Below, in pieces: positions 12,001-19,190 of a DNA stretch of 64,000 nucleotides. The DNA lies in contig CBDUPA010000006.1 in the NCBI GenBank assembly GCA_965368975.1, positions 1-64,000 on the forward strand, written 5' to 3'. Within the stretch, counting starts at the first letter, position 1; every line of letters starts with the position of its first letter. Origin of the DNA: an uncultured bacterium (GTDB lineage: Bacteria; Acidobacteriota; Thermoanaerobaculia; Multivoradales; JAHZIX01). A program made the translations under genes and the position numbers. The notes beneath the pieces were generated by a model. The model did not search any database and was not told the origin of the DNA. It saw nothing but the letters and a program-made list of their open reading frames with translations.

Positions 12001-13171
12001 GGCTGAGCTGGCCCTGGCTGAGTTGGTCGCGGCTGAGCTCGAAGCGTCGCGCTCCACCTCGTCTCGCAGTGAGCCTGACCTCCTCGGTAGCCTGCGACTC
12101 CTGTACACCGGTGGGGACCGTTTGCGCCGGCGCCCAACGTCGCCCCAGCCGTTCGAGTTTCTCAACCTCTATGGTCCGACCGAGAACACCGTCATCGCCA
12201 CGGTGGGCCCCGTCGCCTCAGCTGAAGCAGCTCCTGACGCAGAGGCGCCCCTGCTCGGCCGTGCCGTGGCCAGCACCTGCGTTCGCCTGCTGGACGCGGC
12301 GCAACGAGCGGTGCCGACCGGAGTGCCCGGCGAAGCGCTGCTCGGTGGTGTCACGCTCGCTCGCGGCTACCTCGGACGTCCCGCCCTTACGGCTGCTGCC
12401 TTCGTGCCCGACCCCTACAGCCCGGTGCCCGGTGCCCGTCTCTACCGCACGGGGGACCTGATGCGTTGGAAGAGCGACGGTCAGCTCGACTTCCTCGGTC
12501 GCGTTGACCACCAAGTGCAGCTGCGTGGCTATCGCGTCGAGCTGGGTGAGATCGAGACCATCCTAGGCCGGCATCCTCAGGTGCGCGATGCCGCCGTCTT
12601 GCTGCGCTCCAACAACGGGGAATCCTACCTGGCGGCGTACCTGGTGCCGATGAACGGCACAACGCTGTCGGTCGAAGAGCTGCGCGTCTACCTGGCGCGC
12701 AGCCTGCCCGCTTTCATGGTGCCGGCCCACTACCGCAGTCTCGACGCCCTGCCCCTGAACCGCAGCGGCAAGCTCGACCGTGCCCGCCTCGCCCAGTTGA
12801 CCGTCGACGTCACTCGCGCTGAGCATGTGGCTGCCCGCACCGAGCTGGAGCGGATGCTCACCGACCTGTGGCGGGAAGTCCTGGGGTTGGAGCGCGTCGG
12901 CGTCTACGACAATTTCTTCGACCTCGGAGGGCACTCGTTGCTGCTGGCGCGCCTGCATTCGCGGCTGCAAACCACCCTCGGCCGGCAAGTCGAGATGATG
13001 GACCTCTTCCGCTTCACCACCATCCACCAGCTCGCCCGCCATCTCGACGCCGGTGGCGAGGCCACTGAGGCGACCCGAGAAGCTCAAGCTTCCACCCGCG
13101 ACCGTGCCGCCGGACGTCGCGCCGCGGCGAGAGCGGCGGCGTCGAGGCGCGGGTTGCCGCGCCACACCTGA
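2..13171 (+). CDS. NRPS1, 5'-truncated: A[N-methyltransferase]-T-C-A-T-C-A-T-C-A-T with a basic C-terminal docking tail and no TE
   Basis: The frame is open from position 2 (WTAPDELDCL...), so the real start lies upstream of the window. It has four A domains (A3 motifs FTSGSTGRPKG, FTSGSSGVPKG, YTSGSTGRPKG, YTSGSTGHPKG) and an MT (VLEVGCGTG, LNSVLQYFP; about 1190-2500) inserted between A8 and A9 of the first. There are four GGHS carrier sites (about 2774, 6074, 9488, 12927) and three LCL-type C domains (HHIAIDG, HHIAADG, HHSIADG). Confidence 0.97.
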   Translation, partial: WTAPDELDCLASRGIERLDVETLPLLAADANLGALAAKLPRVDDRNLVYVVFTSGSTGRPKGVEAVHRAVVRLVRDGDFADFGPETVLVQVAPVAFDASTLEIWATLAGGGRLVIPPRAGISLSELARWIRRHGATVQWITTGFFHQMVDAEVETLRRLGQILTGGEVLSPGHVGRLLSTGFSGHVTNFYGPTENTTFTTFYPLLHADFDMVASPIGKPIARTYVVVLASPWEQAAEGEPGELACGGDGLARDYLGRPARTAASFVPDPWSNTPGARLYRSGDLVRQRGDGVVEFLGRLDAQVKVRGFRIEPGEVEAALRALPAVGDAVVVARRDGTEAGGSSSLVGYIVPAAELLARPTIPAAELPERDEPQGQGNEVEPSTADETADVPADHLDHWQRLFDDIYAADRDLEDVAFDRIGWDSNYTGQPIPQEEMQEWLRGTLDDLRQLQPKRVLEVGCGTGMVLFGVAGVCDRYVGIDLSPQVVADLQQRVAAARARAEESGGRLAEVELHCSAAHDASAWRHQRFDTTVLNSVLQYFPDMDYLAGVVRNMIAVTEDGGAVYVGDVRSFPLLELCNTSLALFRAADDLPLAALQHEVRRRTLQENELTVDPAFFFELARRDPRITAVEIHVPQGRAHNELTRFRYSAVLRVGPASGSSGGRDTAACRDIPWQDVAWRDGRGLTHLDALRRELDAARRQGVLTMALRGLPNARLAPDVAARQRLDELLAAGEHEELRLARAGELRRAVAHVPGLEPLDVRELGAELGFQVFLGWSQQGDEGRFEALFDATGTATTCPPLPEAWEPEALASESASSSSSRLGWGRFGNDAHRGERIRELVPELRSALAGRLPEHMVPSSLVLLDELPLKSNGKVDPARLPQPEVVTRAAQLTPPRTALEQALAELWCELLHLDEVGIHERFADLGGHSLLATRLLARIRELTGVALPLGRLFELPTIAQLASEIETEGGGLSVSPESVPLQAAGPEQPAPLSFGQEQLWFLARLVPDNPFYNVPLVLELTGRLEVAALQTALGELLQRHEVLRAEIRVDESGVSEQQAVAVPRVLLPVVDLGWLRAARAEVGASIIAGELDRLQQREALRPLRLTPPPLVRATLVRWGEHARLWLTVHHIAIDGRSLHVLLDDLAALYRAACAGRDAGLTPLPVQYGDFARWQRGAFVANQADRLEKDLDAWRQYLQAAPEVIELPVDHPVPAVPTFRARLRQVQLSRRQQARLQELADAADASLYMALFAVTAAWLRRHGAARDLVLGTPLGGRPHPRLEPLIGFFVQSLPVRLDAPLDLAFERLLERVRRALVDTWALPEVPFEKLVEELQPARQPGQNPLLQAVVGFNQPLPAPDLSPEVGKSLTSAPAYLELRTTRFDLEVHFEPHSTDGITGLMVASVDRFEAATVERLAMHWQRLMTAILERPDAPLWRLDMLAAAERQQLLHSWAGGPEVTRDERLEMSLEALFLRAADRVPDAVALTQGRRHHSYAGVRAMAGRIADGLRRSGVQEGVAAAEARIVVSLPRSPEQIAAVLGVLLVGGVYVPLDPDDPEPRRRRLLEELRPAAVLDAESCPPALVAGRSPHLTAVETGRETGHGIWRETARPGGDRLAYVLFTSGSSGVPKGVAVPHRAVARLVLAADYVDLGPEQVMFQAAPLSFDASTFELWGALVWGGRLAMMPPGPPSLQTLDRQLQRQAVSVTFLTTTLFNQLVDLGLPLEAGAGLDRVAQVLTGGEAMSATHARRLLQRGFRGRLSNVYGPTENTTFSTLEAITPGSPQAAISIGRSIPHTLVRVLGPRGELVSVGVGGQLALAGAGLARGYLDRPARTAASFVPDAFAAHAAAGSRSYLTGDLVRWLADGRLDFLGRFDHQVKVRGFRIEPEEVEAALTAHPEVLAAAALAVSGATAGDRSLVACIVTAGADTAVPTLRRWLSSRLPSHLVPSRLLTLPSLPLNATGKLDRRALELVVRERQVQEPLAQGASTAGPVPPRTPMEELVAGVWRELLGSTAATDVHASFFDLGGHSLLVTQAITRLLRLTGVELPLAEVFAHPTVAELARAVEQRLASGVDPEAETSVPPLVSLSASERASDETLTAPLSFAQRRLWFVGQLVPNSPMYNVPQVLDLESQHGALDPELLRRLYWGLRLLHARHDALRCRVVASESEPYQLVPPAGSWSPTSVDLRGLPASVAEVEAVRLRRREAQRPFLDDAFHGDASPWRAVLVLQDPRRCQLLLTLHHIAADGWSVDVLLRELGQLCRSGVPFAKPSTAPDAAPTGALAPLPLRYADYARWQRSIWSRGILDAHLAWWRDRLQDLPSLLALPTDRPRPARPSFRGAHYQARLTPAQVEGLEAFGRAHGATPFMVLVSAFQALLWRLTGRRDIVLGTPIAGRDHLELEGLVGCFVNTLVLRSEVMPQLTVERLLEATRATCLQAYAHGAVPFELLVEALQPERRLSHQPLVQVALGVQPETPAPQLPGVRVRRAWSGLDTARLDLTLSIDLSAGDGARLWWEYSTELFDATTLMRWDRSLRRVLASWVPTKPTRHSTHKPPHANDVPADSVGTSTADPAALLLRDLDWLDRSEQHQLLQAWACLPAGTAYQSRPVLQAVASVVAAQPHATALVWSSAGGRPEHHLSYGELDRRSRLLAATLATTLRRRASGPGTPVGLCTGRGGEMTLGALAILRAGGAFVPLDPAHPPRRLIWQLQDAGAPLAVVSAAGEHTLGGGFPCLRVDRVPATDSSERLDVVPPHAWQLAYVLYTSGSTGRPKGSEATHGNLAHLVAMAHSFHTPAAGERTAQTVGPAFDVTLLEVWPQLVRGATLCVPPPDIVTSPPVLLPWMRRQRILGAYMATPVAEALAAEPGAAELPLRYLCTGGSRLHAIPRSDLPWRLLNIYGLSETTVVLTREWVRLGAAEQPAIGRPVPGIDLHVLDPDFELTPPGVPGQLCAGGTGLSRGYLGRPALTADKFRPHPFAGRIASTEPLAGERGSGARLCLTGDLVRWRADGRLDFLSRIDHQVKLRGLRIELGEIEAVLRRQDTVAEAVVILQEDSLQRLLGYVVPAAGATEGASLDMGALRKALAQEVPDYMVPAVLQVLPELPLNANGKLDIARLPRPEVDATEAARAPVTPMERLLAGLWREVLSDAAPAELSRDQDFFALGGHSLLAARLTSRLRQRLHVEVPVRLLFEAPTLAEQAEYIEQLRAGPRPVPSLSAELVATESGALESTGRDSAPLSLGQERLWLLHRMQPSSPVYNMPMTLDLPADVRPAAVTRAVGELIHRHAVLRTTYEEAADGQPRQRIAPPMPRVDGSRVALPWIDLGRLGRAAGSEAERLGRQEARLPFDLQCGPLARFILLRLPPGETYGAHLLLNLHHSIADGWSLELLPRELANAYRRACGARAQPLAPLPISYADFARWQRQRLENDLQAQLSWWCDALQGVPQVLELPIDHPRPPVQSLQGAQHEVHLDAHVLDALDGIGRQHGCSRFMTLLALFQALLFRYTGASDIVVGSPVAARTRPELEPLLGFFVNNLVLRARCRGGLPFEQLLDQVRDTCLDALAHQDVPFERLVEALQPERNPSLTPLFQVVFVVQDAVQEGLEWPLAATAGPAAHRARLRERDLGSAKFDLTLTLPRAAGATVGSLEYDTALLDPVTIHRWAGHLRTLLAGAAARPSTPLDRLPLLTSAERHQLHHEWSAPEKTVPAREARRTHAFEPVHLRFHAHAAATPGRPAVVDPAGSWSYGDLDRLALQLARQLRRLGVGPEVRVALCLPRGRRSVLGMLASLYAGGGFLSLDPEHPAERLRFQLQDTAARDGAVRDDTVRVLLVEPRLAVAEALTGDLPSSITVLRLEGEPVLSSTTGAAGTGAGDWPRILAARETAEPGLPDVPAAGQLAYACYTSGSTGHPKGVVLTHAGLAAQLDNFQGSYGPRAGERMGHAAGLAFDVTVFEVWVALAAGATVCVPPENVRVSAPGMLRWMTEQRLDVCVLTTALAELALAELALAELVAAELEASRSTSSRSEPDLLGSLRLLYTGGDRLRRRPTSPQPFEFLNLYGPTENTVIATVGPVASAEAAPDAEAPLLGRAVASTCVRLLDAAQRAVPTGVPGEALLGGVTLARGYLGRPALTAAAFVPDPYSPVPGARLYRTGDLMRWKSDGQLDFLGRVDHQVQLRGYRVELGEIETILGRHPQVRDAAVLLRSNNGESYLAAYLVPMNGTTLSVEELRVYLARSLPAFMVPAHYRSLDALPLNRSGKLDRARLAQLTVDVTRAEHVAARTELERMLTDLWREVLGLERVGVYDNFFDLGGHSLLLARLHSRLQTTLGRQVEMMDLFRFTTIHQLARHLDAGGEATEATREAQASTRDRAAGRRAAARAAASRRGLPRHT
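11984..12040 (+). repeat. In-frame 15-bp tandem repeat (LAELA, about 4 units) inside NRPS1 A4
   Basis: ctggctgagctggcc x2, then ctggctgagttggtc and gcggctgagctc. Confidence 0.9.
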
Positions 13172-13294
13172 GCCCGTACCTCGAGGGGGAGTCTCGCCAC
13201 GGTTGCTTGCCGTGGTAGCATAAATTGCTTTGGCTGACTGCAGCGGCTCTTCATGACTGCCACCTCTGGCATTGCGATCCTCAGGACCCACCTC

Positions 13295-14467
13295 ATGCCC
13301 AATCCCTCCGTTACCGGCTCTTCCCTGCCCGTTCTCGACAACCCCGCCAGCCCTGGTTTCGACGGACCCGGCTTGGACAGCACCGCCACGTCGACCGCGA
13401 CGATCTGGCGCGTCGATCCCTATCTGCACATCGGTCCCGACCGTCTCTACAACCCGCACACGGACTTGACGCTGCAGCAAGGTGAACCTGGCTACGCGCG
13501 CCTGCGCCAGCTGGTCGAGAGCGGAGCGCCGGTCGGCACGCCCGAAGGGGAGTTGACGATGCTGGCCGACGCTGGCTGGTTGGTACCGCCGGGGGTCAAC
13601 GCGGACCTGATGTACCGCATCAAGTTCGTGTCGCTGGAAGCCCACACCGTGTGCAACCAGGCGTGCTACTTCTGCCCGGTGTCGATTGCGCCGCGCGAGC
13701 CGTACTTCATGCCGATGGAGACCTACGAGCGTATCGTGGGTGAGATCGCGGCACTGAACGAGCCGGTCGAAGCGGTGTTCATGATCAGCTACAACGAACC
13801 GACGGCCGACTCCCGCTTCCTGGACCAGGTGCGCTGCCTGAAGAATGCCGGACTGAGTCCCGCGACGCTGACCAACGGCACCGGCCTGACGCCCAAGCGC
13901 ATCGACGAGCTCGTGGAACTGGGCGGCCTGCGCTTTCTGTCGATCAACATCTCGACCCTCGACCGCGATCGCTACAAGAACGATCGTGGCCGGGACCACG
14001 TGACGCAGGTGCTGCGCAACCTGGACTACGCCAAGGATCGTCCGGTAGGCGAAGACATGGACATCGTCGTCCTGGGCACCGGCAACGAGGCGCACAAGTC
14101 GGACTTCGAGGCGATCCGCGACCGCTTCGCCGGCAGCCGTTTCAACACCAAGTACTTCGAGGTCAACGACCGCGCTGGTTATCTGCAGATCGGCCACACT
14201 GGCAAGAACGATCAGCGTCAGCTGTGCGGCTGCGACCACATGGGCTCGCGGCCGGTCCAGCAGCTGCACATCAACCCGTACGGCCAGCTGATCCTGTGCT
14301 GCCAGGACTACGACGAGACCGAGATCGTCGGCGACCTACGCGAGCAGACGCTGCGCGAAGCGCTGGTCGGTGAGGGTTTTGTCCGCGCCCGCCGCCGTGT
14401 CTATGGCCTGGAGAGGGCGCCGGACAACTTCATTTGCCACAACTGCCGCTTCGCGCTGAAGCGCTAG
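13295..14467 (+). CDS. Radical SAM enzyme with C-terminal SPASM/twitch-type Fe-S domain
   Basis: CxxxCxxC motif (VCNQACYFC) and TNG motif. C-terminal cysteines in CGCDH...INPYGQLILCCQD...ICHNC. ATG 13295 has AGGA 8 nt upstream; 13253 is an alternative start. Confidence 0.9.
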   Translation: MPNPSVTGSSLPVLDNPASPGFDGPGLDSTATSTATIWRVDPYLHIGPDRLYNPHTDLTLQQGEPGYARLRQLVESGAPVGTPEGELTMLADAGWLVPPGVNADLMYRIKFVSLEAHTVCNQACYFCPVSIAPREPYFMPMETYERIVGEIAALNEPVEAVFMISYNEPTADSRFLDQVRCLKNAGLSPATLTNGTGLTPKRIDELVELGGLRFLSINISTLDRDRYKNDRGRDHVTQVLRNLDYAKDRPVGEDMDIVVLGTGNEAHKSDFEAIRDRFAGSRFNTKYFEVNDRAGYLQIGHTGKNDQRQLCGCDHMGSRPVQQLHINPYGQLILCCQDYDETEIVGDLREQTLREALVGEGFVRARRRVYGLERAPDNFICHNCRFALKR

Positions 14468-14488
14468 CCTGGCGTCACGCGACCGGTC

Positions 14489-15472
14489 ATGAAACCCCTT
14501 CGATCCTCCCACGACCTCGTCTTGCTGTGCGCCCTGGCGGTGGCCGCGGTGGCCGGGATCGTGGCGATCGGAGCCGCACCTGGCGAGGCCGTCTCTCATC
14601 GAGTCGCGCACGAGCCGGCCGCGCAAGCTCCAGCCGGAGTGGGACCTGGATTCGACCTGGCACGCGTGACCTGGACGGCTCTGCACTACGAGGTCGGTAC
14701 ATGGCTGGGATCGGCTCGTTCGCAGATTCGGTTCGAGGCCGCGCCATCGGCCCTCGCCCAGCTGCGGCAGCCCGAGGCGGAGAGCGCGGCCAAGGGGACA
14801 CCAGCGACTTCAGCCCCCGGAAATCTGTGGTTGCTGCAGCTCGATTCGTCGTACTGGGGACGCTCGGAGAGCGAGCGCGTGTGGCTAGATGCCGCGAATG
14901 GTGCTGCCTTGCAGCGGACGAGTTCGAAGTCGAGTCAGGACAAGACCTACCGCTTCACCGACGCTGGTGTGTGGGCGGTGCGGACGAAGAAGCCGTCCGG
15001 GGTCGAGAATGACTGGTTCGTCGACTATCCGTCCGGCTTGCCGCAGTGCGCGGTGGTGTCGGAGCCCGGTGTTCTCTTCTACTTGCTGGCCGTCGCGCCA
15101 CCGGCCGAAGGTGAGATGCTGCGGCGCTGTGTCTATGCCAAGAAGGGGCTGCACCTGCTGGAGATCCAGCATGTCGGCGAGGTGCAGATCGAGGTCGAGT
15201 TCGATGAGCATCTCGCCGATGGCCGCCAGCGTCGCCGCGCAGGCGACGTAACGGCGGTGCGCTACGCGGTACGCACGAAGTTTCTTGCCACCACGCGTGA
15301 CGACGAGAAGGGCGCCGCGCTACGCTTGCTGGGCCTGGAAGGCGATCTCGAGATCGACGTCGAGCCGCGACTGCGCTTGCCGTTGCAGGTGTGCGGAGAC
15401 CTACCGCGCGTCGGTAACGTTACCGTGCGTCTGACGCGCGCGGAGCTGCGCCCCCTTTCTGAACAGCGATGA
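14489..15472 (+). CDS. Hypothetical exported beta-rich protein (possibly DUF3108-like)
   Basis: 327 aa ORF with an N-terminal hydrophobic signal or anchor, tightly spaced between the radical SAM and GT2 genes. Confidence 0.6.
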   Translation: MKPLRSSHDLVLLCALAVAAVAGIVAIGAAPGEAVSHRVAHEPAAQAPAGVGPGFDLARVTWTALHYEVGTWLGSARSQIRFEAAPSALAQLRQPEAESAAKGTPATSAPGNLWLLQLDSSYWGRSESERVWLDAANGAALQRTSSKSSQDKTYRFTDAGVWAVRTKKPSGVENDWFVDYPSGLPQCAVVSEPGVLFYLLAVAPPAEGEMLRRCVYAKKGLHLLEIQHVGEVQIEVEFDEHLADGRQRRRAGDVTAVRYAVRTKFLATTRDDEKGAALRLLGLEGDLEIDVEPRLRLPLQVCGDLPRVGNVTVRLTRAELRPLSEQR

Positions 15473-15496
15473 GCGAGTAGAGGAGCACGGCAGAGC

Positions 15497-16810
15497 GTGG
15501 ACAAGGTTTCCGTGGCGATTTTGAGCTGGAACGGCCGCCAGCACTTGCAGGTGTGCCTGGACGCTCTGCAGCAGCAACAGGATCCCGGGATCGACTGGAA
15601 CGTCGTGGTGCTCGACAACGGCTCGACGGACGGTACCGGCGAGTGGTTGCGCCGCACCCATCCGGGTGTGCGCCTGGTCGAGAGTCGGGTCAACCTCGGC
15701 TTCTGCGGCGGCTATAACCGGCTGATCGACGCCGTCGACGGGGACGCGGTCGCGCTGCTCAACAACGACACGCGGCCGCAGCCACAGTGGCTGGCGGCAC
15801 TGGTCGAAGGACTGCGCACGGCGCCGAAGGATGTCGCCGCCGTCTCGGGCCGGATCGTCGACTGGCAGGGCGAACGACTGGACTTCGGTCGTGGTGTCCG
15901 CACCTTCGACGGCCACGCTTTCCAGCTCGACTTCCGTCGCCCCCTGAGCGAGGCCCGTGCACCACGCGACGGCGAGGAAGTTGCCTTCGCCTGCGGCGGC
16001 AACATGCTGATCCGCCGCCGTTCCTTCCAGCAAGCCGGCGGTTTCGATCCGGCCTTCTTCGCCTACCTGGAAGACGTCGACCTGGGCTGGCGTCTGTGGT
16101 CGGGCGGCGAGCGTATCGTCTGCGCGCCGGAGGCGGTGGTGCATCACCGTTCCAGCGCAACGAGCGACCTCTTGGGGCACTTCAACCGCGGCTTCCTGTT
16201 CGAGCGCAACGCTTTTCTGGTGGCGCACAAGAACTATGAGGACGGGCTCTGGCAGCAGGTGATGCCGGCGGTACTCCTGACCTTCGCGTCGCGGGCACAG
16301 GCGATGCTGGAGGAGAACAATCCCGGCGGCTGGCAGCTGGCCCTCGACCCCTACGCTGGCGCCATTGCCAACACCGCCAGCCGGCGTTCCGACGGCGCGG
16401 CCCGGCGCCCCGCACCGTCACCGCCGCCGCCGGACGGTTGGCTGCGTCGATGGCGCCGCTACGGACCACGAGAGTTCGTCGGTCGCGCGCTGCTCAGGGT
16501 GGCGCGCAAGATCTGGCCCGCCGCGCCCGACATGCTCAGCCCGCACCTGAGCGATCCGCGCAGTGTTGCGCAGCTGCGTGTGCAGGCGTTCCTGTTGCGT
16601 CACCTCGAGGAAGCGGCGGCTGCGCGTGCCAAGGTGCAGGCCCGCCGCTCGCGTCCGGACGCCGAGATCTTCGAACGCTTCCCGGCGTACTTGGTGCCGA
16701 CCTATCCGGGAGATGCCGCGCTGTTTGCGGATCCAGGCTTCCGGGAATGGTTGCCCGAGGCTTTGCCGTTGAAAGAAGCGACGCTGGCCGAGCTGATGGC
16801 CACGGACTGA
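15497..16810 (+). CDS. Glycosyltransferase family 2
   Basis: VSVAILSWNG, VVVLDNGSTDG, NLGFCGGYN, LLNND, GGFDPAFFAYLEDVDLGWR motifs; GTG start with AGAGGAG upstream. Confidence 0.92.
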   Translation: MDKVSVAILSWNGRQHLQVCLDALQQQQDPGIDWNVVVLDNGSTDGTGEWLRRTHPGVRLVESRVNLGFCGGYNRLIDAVDGDAVALLNNDTRPQPQWLAALVEGLRTAPKDVAAVSGRIVDWQGERLDFGRGVRTFDGHAFQLDFRRPLSEARAPRDGEEVAFACGGNMLIRRRSFQQAGGFDPAFFAYLEDVDLGWRLWSGGERIVCAPEAVVHHRSSATSDLLGHFNRGFLFERNAFLVAHKNYEDGLWQQVMPAVLLTFASRAQAMLEENNPGGWQLALDPYAGAIANTASRRSDGAARRPAPSPPPPDGWLRRWRRYGPREFVGRALLRVARKIWPAAPDMLSPHLSDPRSVAQLRVQAFLLRHLEEAAAARAKVQARRSRPDAEIFERFPAYLVPTYPGDAALFADPGFREWLPEALPLKEATLAELMATD

Positions 16811-16849
16811 TGTTCAACGACTAGCCACCAGGGATGCTGGGAGGTAGCC

Positions 16850-17605
16850 ATGACATTCCATCGAGTCTGGATCCTCGCGTTGTCTGTGCTGCTGCCGACA
16901 GCTGCTCTGGCACAACCAGGCTGGACCGGTGCTGGCTTGGGCTTCTCGTCCGACATCGTGGCCAGACTGGCGAAGGTCGAGCGCCTGCTGGAGAAAGACA
17001 AGTGGGACAAGGCCCAGCGAGAGATCGACGAGCAGGTCGAGAAAGCGCTGGAGCGAGGGGCCTACAATGCCGTCTCGGGCAGTGATGTGGCTGTCTTGAT
17101 GACCCTACAGGCCTTGATCCAAGTGCAGCGTGGCGAGCGCGAGGACGGCTTGTGGACCTGGTACATCGCGCAGAACCTCGACCGCGGCGTACTGCGCATT
17201 CGCCGCTTCGCCGTGTACGGTGAGCCCTGGGAGTTCCTCTCGGCGAATCCCTTGCGCCAGTGGGATGGCTCGGTGCGTGGTCGGCCCATTCGCACGCAGC
17301 AGGAGTTGCGCTCGGATTGGGATGTCGAATTCACGCCACCGGTGGTCAAGGAAGAGAAAGATGCCGAGTTCTGGCGACCGTTTCAGCGCCTGGACCGCGA
17401 GCTGCGCTTCTATGCTCAGGTGATCGTCGACCGCGAGGGTAAGACGGATCAACCCGTGGTGCTCGACGGACTCGAATACCCGCTGCTGGTGTACTTCGGG
17501 GTGATAGGGCTCCGCGACTGGCGCTACGAGCCCGGCACCGTCGATGGTGAGCCGGCGGAAATGTTCGAGGAAGTCGAGCTGCGGCTGCGCCAGCGCCGCT
17601 GGTAG
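16850..17605 (+). CDS. Exported protein with TonB C-terminal-like domain
   Basis: GGAGG RBS and signal peptide. The C-terminus PPVVK...VIVDREGK...LRDWRYEPGTVDGEP resembles TonB_C. Confidence 0.65.
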   Translation: MTFHRVWILALSVLLPTAALAQPGWTGAGLGFSSDIVARLAKVERLLEKDKWDKAQREIDEQVEKALERGAYNAVSGSDVAVLMTLQALIQVQRGEREDGLWTWYIAQNLDRGVLRIRRFAVYGEPWEFLSANPLRQWDGSVRGRPIRTQQELRSDWDVEFTPPVVKEEKDAEFWRPFQRLDRELRFYAQVIVDREGKTDQPVVLDGLEYPLLVYFGVIGLRDWRYEPGTVDGEPAEMFEEVELRLRQRRW

Positions 17606-17607
17606 CG

Positions 17608-19143
17608 TTAGCTGCTGATCGTCACCAGGGTGCCGTTGGTGTAGCTGCGCAGGAAGGCCTCGACCACGTCCGGGTCGAACTGCTTGCCGGCGCAGCGGCG
17701 GAACTCCTCGAACACTTCCACTTCCGAGAAGTTGCGCCGGTAGGCACGGCTGGAGGTCATGGCGTCGTAGGCGTCGGCGACGGCGATGACGCGGTCGAGC
17801 AGCGGGATCTCGGTGCCCTTGAGGCCGCTTGGATAGCCACTGCCGTCCCAGTGTTCCTGGTGATGGCGCACGATGTCGACCACCTCGCCAATGTCCTCGA
17901 TGTTCTTGACGATGTCCGCCCCGATGTCGGGGTGGCGGCGCATCTCTTTCATCTCTTCGTCGGTCAGTTTGCCGGGCTTGCGCAGGATCGCCTCGGGAAT
18001 GCCGATCTTGCCGATGTCGTGTAGCAGGCCGGCCAGGCGCAGCGTTTGCAGCTGGTCGCTGTCGAGTTCCATCTCGCGAGCAATCGCCAGCGCGTAGCGG
18101 GTCACGCGCTCGGTGTGGCCACGGGTGTACTCGTCCTTGGCTTCGAGGCTCGACACCAGCGCCTGGATGACGCTGTAGAACAGCCGGTCCTGGCGTTCGA
18201 TCAGCATTGCCCGTTCGAGCGCGACGCCAGCCATGCGGCCAAGGGCGGTCAGCAGGTTGACGTCGTCTTCCTCGAAGGCGCCGCTGGCCTGCGTGTTGTC
18301 GACATACAGAGCGCCCAGGATCTGCTTCTTCGACTCCAGCGGCACGCACACCGCCGAGCGGATGCGGTGGCGGAAAATGCTGCTTCCGGTACCGGCGGAG
18401 TTGAGGCCGGACAGTGCGTCGCGCAGCACGATCGATTTGCCCTTGTCGATGCACTCGTTGAGTACCGTACGGCTGAGCGCCAGGCCGCCGGTGTTTTCCT
18501 CTTCCGGCGTACGCACGGTGGCTGGAGCCAGCTCGCCCGTCTCGGTGTTGCGCAAAATCAGGAAGCCGCGGGTGGCGGAGAGAACCTCCATGGCCTTCTC
18601 GACAATGCCTTCGAGAATGGCGGCGCGATCGGTCTCGGCGCTGAGCAGCGCTCCCACCTCGTAGATCGCTTGCAGCTGGTTGCTGGTGCGTTCGGCCTGG
18701 CGGAAGCGCAACTCGTCTTCCGAGATTCGCCTCTCGAATTCTGGCCGTACCAGGACACCGCCGTCTTCGACCAACTCGATGGTGCCGGTGCCCGGATTGC
18801 TGATACCGTCTTCGGGTTCGGGTAGTTCGAGGAAGCGCAGCCGCAGCCTGCCGGCGCACACCAGATCTTGTGGTGTCAGACGAGCGTCCTGCTCGGTCGA
18901 ATCGTTGACGCGAACGCCAGCCGCGAGTGCACGCACGCGGAAGCCGCCGTCCTCTCCGGAGATCTCCAAGTGCTGCGGGGCCAGCTGCTGATCATCGAAA
19001 ACAATGTTACAGCTAGGCGCATTGCCGATGATTACTCGGTCGTCGGGTTGCAGGAGAAAAGACTCACCTTGCCGGCTGCCGTCCATGACGATGAGCTTGC
19101 CGGTGTGTGCGCGAGGCAAGGGTGGGGGGAGAGGAGCTGCCAC
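17608..19143 (-). CDS. FHA-GAF-HD-GYP protein (c-di-GMP phosphodiesterase)
   Basis: N-terminal FHA-like region and a GAF region (SAVCVPL...LGALYVDN). HD-GYP motifs YTRGHTERV, LLHDIGKIGIP, HHQEHWDGSGYPSGL, VADAYDAMTS. Confidence 0.92.
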   Translation of the reverse strand: MAAPLPPPLPRAHTGKLIVMDGSRQGESFLLQPDDRVIIGNAPSCNIVFDDQQLAPQHLEISGEDGGFRVRALAAGVRVNDSTEQDARLTPQDLVCAGRLRLRFLELPEPEDGISNPGTGTIELVEDGGVLVRPEFERRISEDELRFRQAERTSNQLQAIYEVGALLSAETDRAAILEGIVEKAMEVLSATRGFLILRNTETGELAPATVRTPEEENTGGLALSRTVLNECIDKGKSIVLRDALSGLNSAGTGSSIFRHRIRSAVCVPLESKKQILGALYVDNTQASGAFEEDDVNLLTALGRMAGVALERAMLIERQDRLFYSVIQALVSSLEAKDEYTRGHTERVTRYALAIAREMELDSDQLQTLRLAGLLHDIGKIGIPEAILRKPGKLTDEEMKEMRRHPDIGADIVKNIEDIGEVVDIVRHHQEHWDGSGYPSGLKGTEIPLLDRVIAVADAYDAMTSSRAYRRNFSEVEVFEEFRRCAGKQFDPDVVEAFLRSYTNGTLVTISS

Positions 19144-19190
19144 AGCTAAGTCAGTCTATGCCGTTCCTGACGGTGTTGCAAGGAGCGTAG

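Noticed and set aside
13213-13229. Possible sigma54 promoter TGGTAGCATAAATTGC before the radical SAM gene
   Set aside because: GG-to-GC spacing is 11 rather than the required 10; it is more plausibly an extended -10 (TGnTAGCAT).
15497-16810. GT as SenB-like selenosugar synthase of a selenoneine cluster
   Set aside because: The motifs are those of an ordinary GT2, it is about 31 kb from selD, and no SenA/EgtB-like gene is present.
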